From Chrysomallon squamiferum (lineage: Eukaryota > Animalia > Mollusca): 64,000 nucleotides of DNA. How positions within the stretch are numbered: the stretch's first letter is position 1; every line of letters begins with the position of its first letter. Location: positions 2,542,001-2,606,000 of the forward strand of contig CM022666.1 of assembly GCA_012295275.1 (NCBI GenBank). The letters are read 5' to 3'. Position numbers and translations under genes: made by a program. The notes beneath the pieces are model-generated. The model saw nothing but the letters and a program-made list of their open reading frames with translations. It made no database searches and had not been told where the DNA came from. Positions 38,558 through 49,662 of this stretch are shown here, one piece after another.

Positions 38558-41364
38558 ATGCCTATCTGAGTTTTTCATTTTTGGTTGTGTTGGGTTTGTT
38601 TTCTTCAGATTGCCAGATGGTGTAGAGATGTTCGATCTCAACAAAGATCACGATTATCCAAGAAACACCTGAAGAAAATACCTGTTAAAAAGTTCAAGAA
38701 GGGTAACCATGTTTTTATTTATCTCTAGAACCAATAAAAAATATCATTAAACTTAAGTTTTATTTTTGATTTTTCAGATAGTCAGTAATAATTAACTGTG
38801 TTCAACTCTTAGGCATAATAATTGGATTTTTTATTTTTTATAATTTTTAAATTTTCTTTATAAAAAAAATTATAATAATTGTATATTATTTTTTACAGGA
38901 AACCATCCATGATAACAGAATTTATATATATAGATATATATTTTTTTTTTTTATGTAACTATGTCTGTATTTGTTTGTTTCAGGGGACTACTATGATGTT
39001 TGTGCTATTTGTTTGGATGAATATGAAGAAGGAGACAAAATGAGGATCCTTCCGTGTGATCATGGTAAGATTTGATTGCACATCATTGCACATCATTGCA
39101 CATCATTGCACATGATTACACATTTAATATAAGATGAAATCGGTTTGGAAGCAAAATATTTCTTCACTCAAAATGAACGGTTGCATAATAGCATAATAAC
39201 AGAAAGAAGGACTAATAGAACAATGATTGCACTTCTATCACATTTTTACTACTTAATATTTGACTTGTTACATATTTTAAATATGATACGTCAAGTGTTC
39301 TGACCCAAAGAGATTTAAAATTTTCCTGTATATTTTTTATTGTAAAATATACTATGTAAAAAGTATTATGTTTAATTTGACTGCATACCATAAGAAGTTG
39401 TTTACCGAATACATAATTGTTTTTTCCACATACCATATGAAGTGTATTGACCAATGTACTTAATGTGACCTGTAAAATAAAATATGAAAATAAAATAATC
39501 TAATCTAATCTAATCTAATCTAATCTTTTCTAATAACACAACACAACACAATACAATACAATACAATACAATACAATACAATACAATACAATACAATATA
39601 ATATAATACAATACAACACAGTATAACACAATACAACACAGTATAACACAACACAACACAGTATAACACAATACAACACAACACAACACAACACAATATA
39701 ATATAATATAATATAATATAATATATGAATATATCTTTAGAAATGCACTGACCCAGTAACATAAATAATTTTCCAGCATCTCATGAAGCATATTGACCGA
39801 TATAGATTTAATAAACTTGTATAATATAATACACATAATACACATAATACATATATATACATTTTCCAGTCTATCACGTGAAGTGTATTGACCAATATAG
39901 ATTTAATAAACTTGTATAATATAATACATATAATACTGTATATATTTTCCAGCATATCATGTGAAGCATATTGACCTATATAGATTTAATAAACTTGTAT
40001 AATATAAAACATTTAATACTATATATATTTTCTAGCCTATCATGTGAAGCATATTGACCTATATAGATTTAATAAACTTGTATAATATAATACATATAAT
40101 ACTATATATATATAGGTTCCAGCCTATCACGTGAAGTGTATTGACTGATATACATTTAATAAACTTGTATAATATAATACACATAATACTATATATATAT
40201 ATTTTCTAGCCTATCATGTGAAGCATATTGACCTATACAGATTTAATAAACTTGTATAATATAATATATATAATACTATATATATATATATATTTTCCAG
40301 CCTATCACGTGAAGTGTATTGACCCGTGGCTGACAAAGAACAAGAAGACGTGTCCAGTGTGTAAGCGACGAGTCATCCCAGGCAGGGACAACAGTTCCGA
40401 CAGTGAGGACTCTGAGGAGGAGGAGAATGGACACGCCCCATCAGAAGTGACCCCGCTCATAGGCAGCATACAGCGAACTCCTACGAGTGGGCCTTCGACG
40501 TTCAACACAACCTCGTCGGTTTTTGCCGCGTCAGGTTAGCAGTGTTTTAGATTAGTTCAGTTTTGTTTATTTATTTTTTTTAAATTTTGTCCTGTGGTGG
40601 GGGTTTTTTGGTGTTTTTTTTCCTTCAGAATTGTAGATATCTGTTTTTTGTTGCAGATATTTAGTGTGAGAGTATATTTTTAAAGTAAGGATTGTTGAAC
40701 AATTAATAATCAATCGTATCAATACTTGTTCTGTGGCCATCTTCAGAGTCTAGGATTATAAAGATTAACATTTTATCATTGGTTTTTTTAAATAACATTT
40801 TATGTTAATTGTTGTGAAAAAAGTGTCAAGAACACTGTTTTCCCCACGGAAACAGTAAATTTATTAATTAAAGAATGCTAATAATAATAATGGAGAAGGG
40901 AAGTTGAAATTTAAATGTTAAAAAATAGAATTCGGATATGTCGATCTTCTCACTGAAAGGAGAAAGGAGTCTCTGATACTGGGACCATTTTTGTAAATCC
41001 TCAGTTTGTCGGGATATTTTGAATCTGCACTTAATTTACTTTTATTTTTGTTTTTGGAAGTTAGTTTTTGTTTTGTTTTTTTTAAACACAATTATTGCTG
41101 TGTGTTATAGGTTTACCAGCAACAGCACCAGCTGCAACAGCGTCTACCAGCGAAGTGTGCGTGCTGCCCGCAAGGAAACCATCGTCAAGTGATTCCAGTT
41201 CAGAGGAATCAGAAGAAGGAGCTGTTGGAGGAGACACTGAACCTCCTGAAGAAATCCTTGTGGAACACATCAGCGAGCCCGAAGCAGGCAAAATAAATGT
41301 TGCGTTTGTTGCCGATGACGTTGTTGACACTAGTCAGACCAAAGAACTGAACCAGGTCGTTTGA
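31860..41364 (+). CDS. RNF13: PA-TM-RING E3 ubiquitin ligase, RNF13/RNF167 (Godzilla) family; 421 or 422 aa depending on exon 5a/5b
   Basis: Exons 31860-31967, 32902-32988, 33500-33622, [34500-34587 or 35407-35497], 37174-37258, 37994-38105, 38609-38702, 38984-39064, 40301-40534, 41111-41364; all GT-AG and in phase. Signal peptide; PA domain (AAFGP...ACK...[12 protein letters not shown]...AIVHN...IPSVFVG); TM; RING-H2 [43 protein letters not shown]; acidic/Ser-rich tail. Confidence 0.95.
32902..32988 (+). CDS. RNF13: RNF13-like exon (PA start)
   Basis: [29 protein letters not shown]; ttgcag/gtaagt. Confidence 0.93.
33195..33410. repeat. Degenerate ~38-bp tandem repeat in an RNF13 intron
   Basis: Recurrent ttcaca...ataatagttttaaa(g)atacat blocks. 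Confidence 0.65.
33500..33622 (+). CDS. RNF13: RNF13-like exon (PA)
   Basis: [41 protein letters not shown]. Confidence 0.95.
34220..34430. repeat. Degenerate ~60-bp tandem repeat just upstream of exon 5a
   Basis: Recurrent tcatcatactgt...agttacattcaga...aagttcaaatatattc blocks. Confidence 0.7.
34500..34587 (+). CDS. RNF13: RNF13-like alternative exon 5a (PA domain)
   Basis: gtttcag|[29 protein letters not shown]+A|gtaagt; 88 nt; phase 0 to 1. Confidence 0.9.
34609..35305 (+). promoter_or_regulatory. Predicted intronic RNA stems I and II between exons 5a and 5b
   Basis: 34644-34661 pairs with 34985-35002 (17/18); 34626-34637 with 35012-35023 (11/12); 34609-34616 with 35033-35040; 35063-35078 with 35290-35305 (15/16); 35087-35098 with 35270-35281 (12/12 counting two GU). 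Confidence 0.75.
35407..35497 (+). CDS. RNF13: RNF13-like alternative exon 5b (paralogous to 5a)
   Basis: tttacag|[30 protein letters not shown]+A|gtaagt; 91 nt; phase 0 to 1. Confidence 0.88.
37174..37258 (+). CDS. RNF13: RNF13-like exon (PA end)
   Basis: [27 protein letters not shown]; phase 1 to 2. Confidence 0.95.
37695..37840 (-). mobile_element. Degenerate SINE core, reverse orientation (RNF13 intron)
   Basis: agcaacaaacagtcttttaaatgtactttttccatagacag...ggttggaactggaaata resembles the 52755-52830 copy. Confidence 0.45.
37994..38105 (+). CDS. RNF13: RNF13-like exon (TM helix)
   Basis: [37 protein letters not shown]. Confidence 0.95.
38609..38702 (+). CDS. RNF13: RNF13-like exon (basic juxtamembrane)
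   Basis: [31 protein letters not shown]. Confidence 0.95.
38984..39064 (+). CDS. RNF13: RNF13-like exon (RING N-half)
   Basis: [26 protein letters not shown]. Confidence 0.97.
39497..39725. repeat. Compound pentanucleotide microsatellite (TAATC/AACAC/AATAC/AATAT)
   Basis: Directly visible. Confidence 0.95.
39760..40324 (+). repeat. 83-93-bp tandem array whose unit spans the RING exon 3' splice site
   Basis: AG dinucleotides ending at 39776, 39869, 39952, 40035, 40122, 40209 and the true one at 40300. Each is followed by about 24 nt of exon-like sequence, then atatagatttaataaacttgtataat. Confidence 0.95.
40301..40534 (+). CDS. RNF13: RNF13-like exon (RING C-half and acidic tract)
   Basis: [27 protein letters not shown]...; TCAG|gttagc. 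Confidence 0.95.
41111..41364 (+). CDS. RNF13: RNF13-like terminal coding exon
   Basis: ttatag|GLPATAP...KELNQVV TGA; in phase with the previous exon. Confidence 0.85.
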
Positions 41365-42445
41365 ATTTCTTCAACTCCTCGTTTTGAAGCCTGAGTTTCC
41401 TTGCAGTGATTTGAATGTCTCTTGTCTGTCTGTCTGTCTTTCTGTCTGTTTGTCTGTCTGTCTGTACTTGTGCCTTTGAAAGTCATTAAAAAAAAAAAAA
41501 AAAAAAAAATTGTAATTAAGTCTTGGGTAAAAATAGATCAACCCTGAAGCAAATTGTCTCCACTTTGAGAAATGTCATATTTAATACTTGAGACTTGTGA
41601 AATTTGTGAAGTTTTTTTAATGTTATTTTTTATTGATTGGAGTTACTGATAATGTCATATAAAAATCCAGTGATTCTAGTCCTGCAGTATGTTTGCATTA
41701 TCTGACTTGCCGTGTTATTCAAATCATAAATAATTCTTATTTTGTAAATCATAATGATTTATTTTTATGTAACTCGTAATGAATTCTTTTTATGTAAATG
41801 AGTGATTTCTCATCATGCGAATCGCACACTTTTAACACCTAAGTTACAAAACCTAATGTTCTTCAGTTTAGATGTTTTCATCAGATGAATATATAACACT
41901 TTTAGTTTTTATTTACTGACAACTTAACACATTTTCAATCTACCATGCAATTTAATAGGCTACCCTTGATCGTCAGCATGCAGTCATTTATACGTGCTTA
42001 GATGGGAAAAATCATGTCACAGAATGTATCAAACAAAGCAAAAATGTGTTGCAGAACACATCAAACAAAACAAAATCTTGTCTTGCAGCATTTGTATGCA
42101 CCTTCCGCAAGACAGGGAAAAAAATCATGTCGCTGCATTTGATAAACCAGTTGTTGGGTCGTTCAGGATGAACTGGAAAACAGCTTTGTAGATAACTGAC
42201 CCTAACAGCTAGAGTTGGGCTTCATAGTCTCTCAGCCTGTTGTCATCTCACAAAATGTTATTTATTTGAAAGTAATTAGGTACATAGTGAGATGTTGTCC
42301 TGCATCAAACTGCCGTCTCAGGTATCTTGTTTTTCATCTGTTGTTTCGTTTTAAATATTCAGAAGTAAATAATTCAGACTTGGATGGGGTGGGGGGATAT
42401 TTTTATCAAGGGAAAAGTGTACGTGTGCGATTTCCAAAAGTGTGT

Positions 42446-42486
<41 letters not shown>

Positions 42487-45266
42487 GTGTGATATTTCAT
42501 ATAAGGATGTGAGTGCCTGAATGTATGAAAAATGTGTGTGCAGCTGGATGTATGTGAGTAGTAGTAAGATGTATGTACGGTGTGAGTGATGGACGTATTT
42601 GAGACGGTGTGAGTGACTGAATGTATGCGAAGAGTGAGTAAGTGGGTGTATGTTAGCTGTGAGTAATTGTATATACGTGTTAAAGTGTTACTAGTTGGAT
42701 ATATGTTAGGTGTGAGTAACTGTATGTATACAAGAAGATTTGAATAACCTGGTGTGATTTTTGTGACAGAAACTAGATTTATATGAAAGTTCAACTGAAT
42801 GCTTGTCAGTTATTATAATCTGAAATGGACATTTGTAATGTGTATATATACTACCATTAGGGTGCCTGCAATACATGTATAGTGTAATAAAAACTAGCTA
42901 TGTTTATAAACATGATCAATATTTTACACAGACTTAACATTCTTTTTTATAATTTCACTAAGTCAGATTTCATAGAATAATTTAACTAGAACTGTCAGTA
43001 ACAGTTACATGGTTGCAGAACCATGCTTTTTTTGAAAATGGCCAAATTTCAGGAATTTATGCTTGAGAATTGCAAATCTGGTGCCAAATATGAGGGATTT
43101 TTTAATATTTTTTTTTAAATTCCCTATCAATATTTTTTTAAATTTCTTTTTTCTGATATCACCATTTGATTGAATGGTATAAATATTATTCAGTAACTGT
43201 GGTATGAAATGTTTTTGCTGGATATGCTATATTATTATTATTTTACACGTTTCAAAAATTACATAATAAATACCTTAATTGTTTTTATAAGGTATTTATT
43301 ATTTAAAGCTTAAAATATCCCATTTTTAACATTAAATAAAAAAAAATAAAAAAATTAAATAAAATAATGAGGGTGAGAGAAAAACAGTAAAACTATAGAG
43401 TTTTTTTTTTTTGTTCTGTTAATATTATATTCCTGCTTTAATTAGAACACAGTGCTTTAGAAAAGTGCTCTGATTAGCATTGATTTTGATATTTTTTAGT
43501 CAGTTTGAACTGGTGGGTGCGGGGAATAGTAAAGATAAAGAACAATAATTGTTGCTGATGCCAAGGGAGAAGTCTCTCTGTACTGCAGTAGTTAATAGAG
43601 ACCATGTAGATAGGAAAAAATGTTGAGTGCATGCCATTAAATAAATAGTTTCTTTCTTGGCTCACTGTGACCAGTTGTGAGTTTTGTCACATTTTCAGGT
43701 CTATTTTACATTATGATGTTGTCCATTTTCAATATATAATCAGTTTATCACTGTTTTTGTATGTTTGAATCCATCAGCTTTCTTTTAAATCTCATCATTT
43801 CTGTTTTCTCTTAACAGTGTTATCTTGTAATTAATTATTTCGATGTTTTTTGTTTTTGTTTTTTTGTGTGTCTGTGAGTATGTGTGTGCCCACTTGGGTG
43901 TGTGATAGACAGGGGGCAAATAGCATTAGGGATAATGGAGAGAGAGAAGAATGATTGAAAGAAATGAAAGAGGGAGGAATGAGGGGAGAAGTGAAAGGTA
44001 CAATGAATGTACATTAGATGCACAGATATGTTTTATAGAACATATTAAGTATACTCCACACATAGATATATCTGTTGAAAGGCTGTGTTATCATTGTAAA
44101 TAAAGTTTTCAAATTTCGAAGTAATTAGAAACATATTAGTTCAGAAACTATTCTCAAAGTCTGGTACATTTAAAGATTTGTAATTAATTAATTTTTATAC
44201 CAAACTGAAGTGTGCTGTGGTCATTTTTATTATTTATTTTATTTTATTTATTTATTTTTTTTTTTTTTTTTGTGTGTGTTTTTGTGTGGTTATTTATTAT
44301 TTTTTATAATTTTTTTTTTTTGTGTTTTTATTTTTATTTTGGGGGGTTAATGTAATATTGGGCTTGTTTTATATTATTTTGGGTTTGCTTTCACTTTTTT
44401 CTGCATAATTATAATCACAAGGTGCACATTAGAAAAGAAAATTAAACTTGGTTTATAACCCAATAATCAGCATTTGTAATCTATTGCTTACATCTTGTAT
44501 CATATTTTATACTTGTATATTTTGCCATGTAACAGTATTAGCAAATATTGGCTTTTATTCTAAAAATTCACATTTTTAACTTGATCATAAAGAACAAAAA
44601 AAAATGTTTTATAGAATAAAAGACAAAAAAAAAAAAAAAAATAATAATCATTGTAATATTTTGAAAATTATTTTAAAAATACAATATTCTTTGATAAAGT
44701 GATTGGCTTATTTATTTTAATATTTTTATTATTATTTATTTATTCTTTTTTACTTTTAAATCGATCATTAATTTTTTTAATCTTTTAATTGTCATGGAAT
44801 ATAGTTCTTAAACTGCATTTTCATTAATTAAAAGCATTGAATACAGACTTGCTTGTATCATAGTGAGTATGTAGTGTGTATGTCATCTCACAGAAATGCA
44901 AGTTTGTGCAGAAAATTTTATCATTTTATTAGTGAAATCCTTTTTTTCTTAATTGTACAACAATTATTTATCATTTTTTATTATGCTTTCAGTTAGTAAA
45001 TTTGCCATTTATTCTTGAATTGAATTTTACTGTACATTTGTTGCAGTTCTTTTGGGGAATAATGTCTGGATTAATATTCACATATTCAGTTCCTTTAGCT
45101 AGAAGGTTCTTTCAGTTTTAACATTCCAGTTTTTTTTTCTTTCTTTCTCTTGTTTTTTTTTTTTTTGTATTTTTTTTTGGATCCTCTGGCAACAAAATAA
45201 TTATTTTACCAATGTTCCTTTAGTTGCCTGTTAAAGATGTTTTTATTAACTGCTTTAATAATGTGA

Positions 45267-45304
<38 letters not shown>

Positions 45305-46334
45305 GACATTATTATATTATTGTAATTGTTATTATGACTATTATTACTATTATTTGTTAATTTTTAGTAAAATTCTTTTGTCAAGTATTTTTAGTCTCAT
45401 TTTGTTGTTTTAATTATAAATGAAAAGATATGAAAAACTGAAAAACAGTTATTAGGCCCTTCGTCACATCAAAATTTATTTACATAATTATATGTTAATT
45501 TATTCCTATATATTAATTCACTGCATGATTAAGTATATTCTTTTACCTTTGGTTTTTTTGTTTGTTTTTTCTCACAAATAAATAATATCTGTTGTAAATA
45601 TTATTTGTCCAAGACACTGAAATTGATTTGAAAAAAAATAATAATAAAAATAAGAAGAAATAAAAATTATATCCATCTGTAAACTACACGTTCTATTAAA
45701 TTTATAGTCAAGCTCAAGTTGTTTGTTATCCTTTGTTCTCGCTTCTAAAATACGTCAAAAACAAAGCCTTAAAAGACTCAATATTTTAAAAGTTACGAAC
45801 AATACTGAATGCAGAACAGACTGAAAGGTCGTGCTCCTACTCTTATAGATCTTTGATGAGATTTAAATTGGATTCACTGTATGTGGTTCAGCATGTAAAT
45901 CTGACAAATGCTGGATCCTTCACACAACCAGCATCTTAGACTTTGTCTTAGAGTATTTAGGACTTCATCTGTAGAGAGCTTTTTTGTTGATGCACACAAA
46001 CCTGTTTCATGTTCTAGACATTCAAAGCTGTTTCTGCAGTATGTTGCTAAGATAAAATAATTTTTGCCAGAATATCCTGCATATAACATAATGCTGATAA
46101 CAAAAAGTATCTCTACATTGCAGGTGTTGTCATCAGTAAGGTAAAAAATTAGACAGTTTTAAAAACATATTTACAGTATTTATTCACACGCACGACACCA
46201 GTACCCACAACAAACATAAATCGTCATAGCCGGGCACTGCCATAGCAAACGTCACGGATTTCTCCTAAAACACAGTTACAAATATTGCGTTTGAATCCCA
46301 AATAGAACTCTGATTTGTGCTAGTAGCACTGAAA

Positions 46335-46374
<40 letters not shown>

Positions 46375-46764
46375 TCTTCCAAGACGCTGTGTTTATGAAA
46401 CAGAAATCATGGAATGATGCTGAATAACTGAATTATCAAAATTATCGTTTTGGCAAGCAGACGTTCAGCGACTGAAGTTTGCAGGCCCGGGTGATTCAAC
46501 AAAAACAAAATACCTTGCATAGCGTATAAAGGTGCCCCACAACAATACAGTTATTTATTTTGGAGAAAACAAATCTACATCAGTATGTCCGACCCCTTTA
46601 TCAGTGGAATAATAATAATAATAATAAAAACTGCTGTCAGTGTCCGCTGATCTAAGGGACATAATCACTGAAAAACAACCGATAAAGACAGGTACCAATT
46701 TCTGTATTAGATAAAGTAGTAATTTCAGAATAAATTCTAGATGTGTTTTTCATTTTATTTTTCA

Positions 46765-46810
<46 letters not shown>

Positions 46811-47099
46811 TAAACTTTTATTTGTTGTTGATTTAGATTTCTTTTAAAGATGATATTTAAGAACCATATAGTTAACAATTTCAAGAATATTTTTTTTTTT
46901 TTTTTTTTTTCATTGTAATAGGCGAAACTTAAGACAGACAAGACAACGTCGCGCAATATCGTTTAGCAGAAGTCCTGAAATAAAAAATATCCTGTAGCTG
47001 TGTAAAATAACTGCAAACTGAGATGACAAATACATGCATACATTAACCTAAGTTTTCACCAGACTTCACTTATTCTCAAAACATGTTTTAACCCATTTT

Positions 47100-47545
47100 A
47101 TGCTCTCCCATTTGCACACTGCATCACGTGACCGCCTGACAATGACAAAAATGACTAAGACGGCCCAGTTTTAATTTATTTCTTTTTAATCGATATTAAT
47201 AACTTAAAAACGCAGCTGTGTATATTGGTATTGATTATTGTTTGTTCATAAACTATTTCGAGACTCCTGCTGATAGTAACTCCACGTGTTTGTTGGACGA
47301 TTCGTTCGAATGTAATTATGCACTTTGTTCCGACTGCAGCAGTCTGAAAACTGTGAAAAACAATACTTATTTCAACAGTTACATAATGTTATTTATAGGA
47401 TAACAAACGGATATCACACTTGTGAATACATAAAATATATGTGACATAGTCGTAGTTTGTAATCACAAGGTAAGATTATACACACAGAAGGAAAAGAATT
47501 TCTCTTGAGAAACTGTCGGAGACTTTGATGTTTGTTTTGATAAGG
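47100..47545 (+). promoter_or_regulatory. Candidate promoter / non-coding first exon of the Ig/FN3 gene
   Basis: CpG-containing region; TCACGTGAC at 47124-47132; strong donors AAG|gtaaga (47469/70) and AAG|gtatgt (47544/45). Confidence 0.35.
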
Positions 47546-49598
47546 TATGTATCTTTATCTCTCCCTCTCTGTCTTTCTGTTTATTAACATTTTTTTCTTA
47601 TCCTTTTTTAATATCTGTAAATAATATTCTGTCAAACAAAAGTAAAAATAAATAAATAAATAAATAATAAAGCATTCACTTGAAATGTATTCTTATTTTT
47701 AATTTTATTTAAAAAAAATTAAATATTCTACTTAAAGTAATAAACATAACAGCAAGAAAAAAAAGCCAGTTTTTAAATATCATTTGGGAATGAAATTATT
47801 TATTTAATTAAATATCTTTCTACCGTCTATTATGTTACTATATTATCGGCTGTTTTGCGAATTAAAACAGATTTAATATAATTTATTTATTTTTGTTCTT
47901 TGTTCTTTTAAATTTATTTAGTTATTTACATGTCAGCAAACACTGTATACAGATATCCATAATAAATCCACTTTTTTAAGTATTCGAAGTTTTAAATGCG
48001 TGTGTATGTGTATGTGTATGTGTGTGCATGTGTTTCATTATTTACTGTCAGAACAAATACATAGTCAGGCTTAGACATGTTGTAAAAATTACCAATAGTT
48101 GTGATATATCAAAATAATTTTATGTCCTTGTGTAGAACATTATCGATTTGCTATAACCCAACTTGTTGCTTTGTTCATTCTAACAGCTGAAATTTCATCG
48201 CTCACTAAACGCAACAGATGGTCTTTATTGATTATCATACTTACTCATTTTAAATATAACATGCTAATGTTCTAAACTAATCCACCATATATACAGGTGA
48301 GATAACGATCACAAGATTTTTTCTCGTTTTTAACGAATTATCTACCTTTTTTGTTTTCTCCTTTGTGTACAAGTCACTGAATTCTCATGCAATTATAAAA
48401 TATAATAATTAAATTAGAAATATATATTGAGCATAAGAGCATACTGCTTTTCATATATATATATATATTCAAGGTTTAATATAGCAATATATACTTATGG
48501 TACAAATAGTTTAAATGTATTTTGTGTATTTCCATTATATTGTAACTTCTGCCATTTAGATCACTAACCTTTAATAATAATAAAGTTTGTCGGTATAATT
48601 ATAAGCTCGTCAGGAGAGAGTAAACACACACACACAAAAAAAAAAAAAAAAAATAAGAGGTCAATTTTGTAAATGTATAAATCTATATCCATTTTTTGAA
48701 GAGGAGAGATAGATTTAGTGAATCTTATCAGCCTAGTTGTGTTACTGATGTAATTTAATTTGAGAAAATATATGAGCTTTCAATAACAGGATATCGTACA
48801 TTTCCATGAATTTGAATTTGTTCAAATCACAAAATATTTATCATTTCAAATATAACTGAAAAATAGCTATTTTTGACATATTTATTTTTATTATGACCTA
48901 CAGGAAAAGGTCAACTAATTATGCTCATAATTAATCCATTACTAACTTCGTAATTAGTATGTAAAGAAATAAAATAATCACTTTACTCTAATTGATTATT
49001 TATTTATTTAATTTGCTTGTTTATTTATTCATTTGTTTATCTGTTTGTTTTTCTTTTTAATTACTCAATAATTTTTTATTATTATTATTTTATTTATTTA
49101 TTTGTGTTTTCTGCATACCGATTCTTTACGATATTATATTAATTTACCATTCCAGCCAGTGTTCCGCGGTGTGTATGTCAAAAATCTTGTTTCTGGGAAG
49201 GAATGTATCAAAATCCGTCCTAACAGCAAAACCTGATTTGAAGACACATGCATTATCCTTCAATGCACAATTCATTTTAACTCGGAAATTTCTTTAAAAT
49301 TAAAAGAAAAAGGAAGAGCAAATATTTATTTAAAGCTACATGGATCTTTTCTTGAACATGGATTTTGATGAAGAGGATATTGTAGTACGTACAGATTTCA
49401 CGACTGTATAGAACAACCACTATTAACATTTAAATTAAAATATCAGCAACTGAAAAAAAAAACACACACACACACACACACACACACAAATATAACGTCA
49501 TCAGAAGTACCAATGATTCGGCTGTCACAGAAGAAGATTCATAATGTGAAGTACACAATTTCTATCAAAGAAAAACAGAAAGGTTTTAACGTGACGTC

Positions 49599-49662
49599 AT
49601 GAAATGGCAGAGGTCCCTCGCACGTTTCATGGTTTTAGCTGTCTGCATGCATGCTGTAAAAT
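49599..49662 (+). CDS. Ig/FN3 gene signal-peptide exon
   Basis: MKWQRSLARFMVLAVCMHAVK+T|gtaagt; phase 1 matches the next acceptor. Confidence 0.75.

Noticed and set aside
39760-40324. CRISPR-like appearance of regularly spaced repeats (also 25854-26055 and 59660-60470)
   Set aside because: Whole units are repeated with no unique spacers, there are no cas genes, and the context is a eukaryotic intron.
45874-46089. 71-aa minus-strand ORF between RNF13 and the Ig/FN3 gene
   Set aside because: No recognisable motif or partner exons; it could be a decayed repeat but cannot be supported.
47528-47544. ATG TTT GTT TTG ATA AG|gt as the start of the Ig/FN3 protein
   Set aside because: Phase 2 with no convincing partner exon; 49599-49662 gives a full signal peptide in the needed phase.
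49592-49599. Perfect CRE palindrome TGACGTCA overlapping the start codon (another at 7256-7263)
   Set aside because: An 8-mer that probably lies in transcribed sequence; a third occurrence is inside a coding exon, so chance is sufficient.
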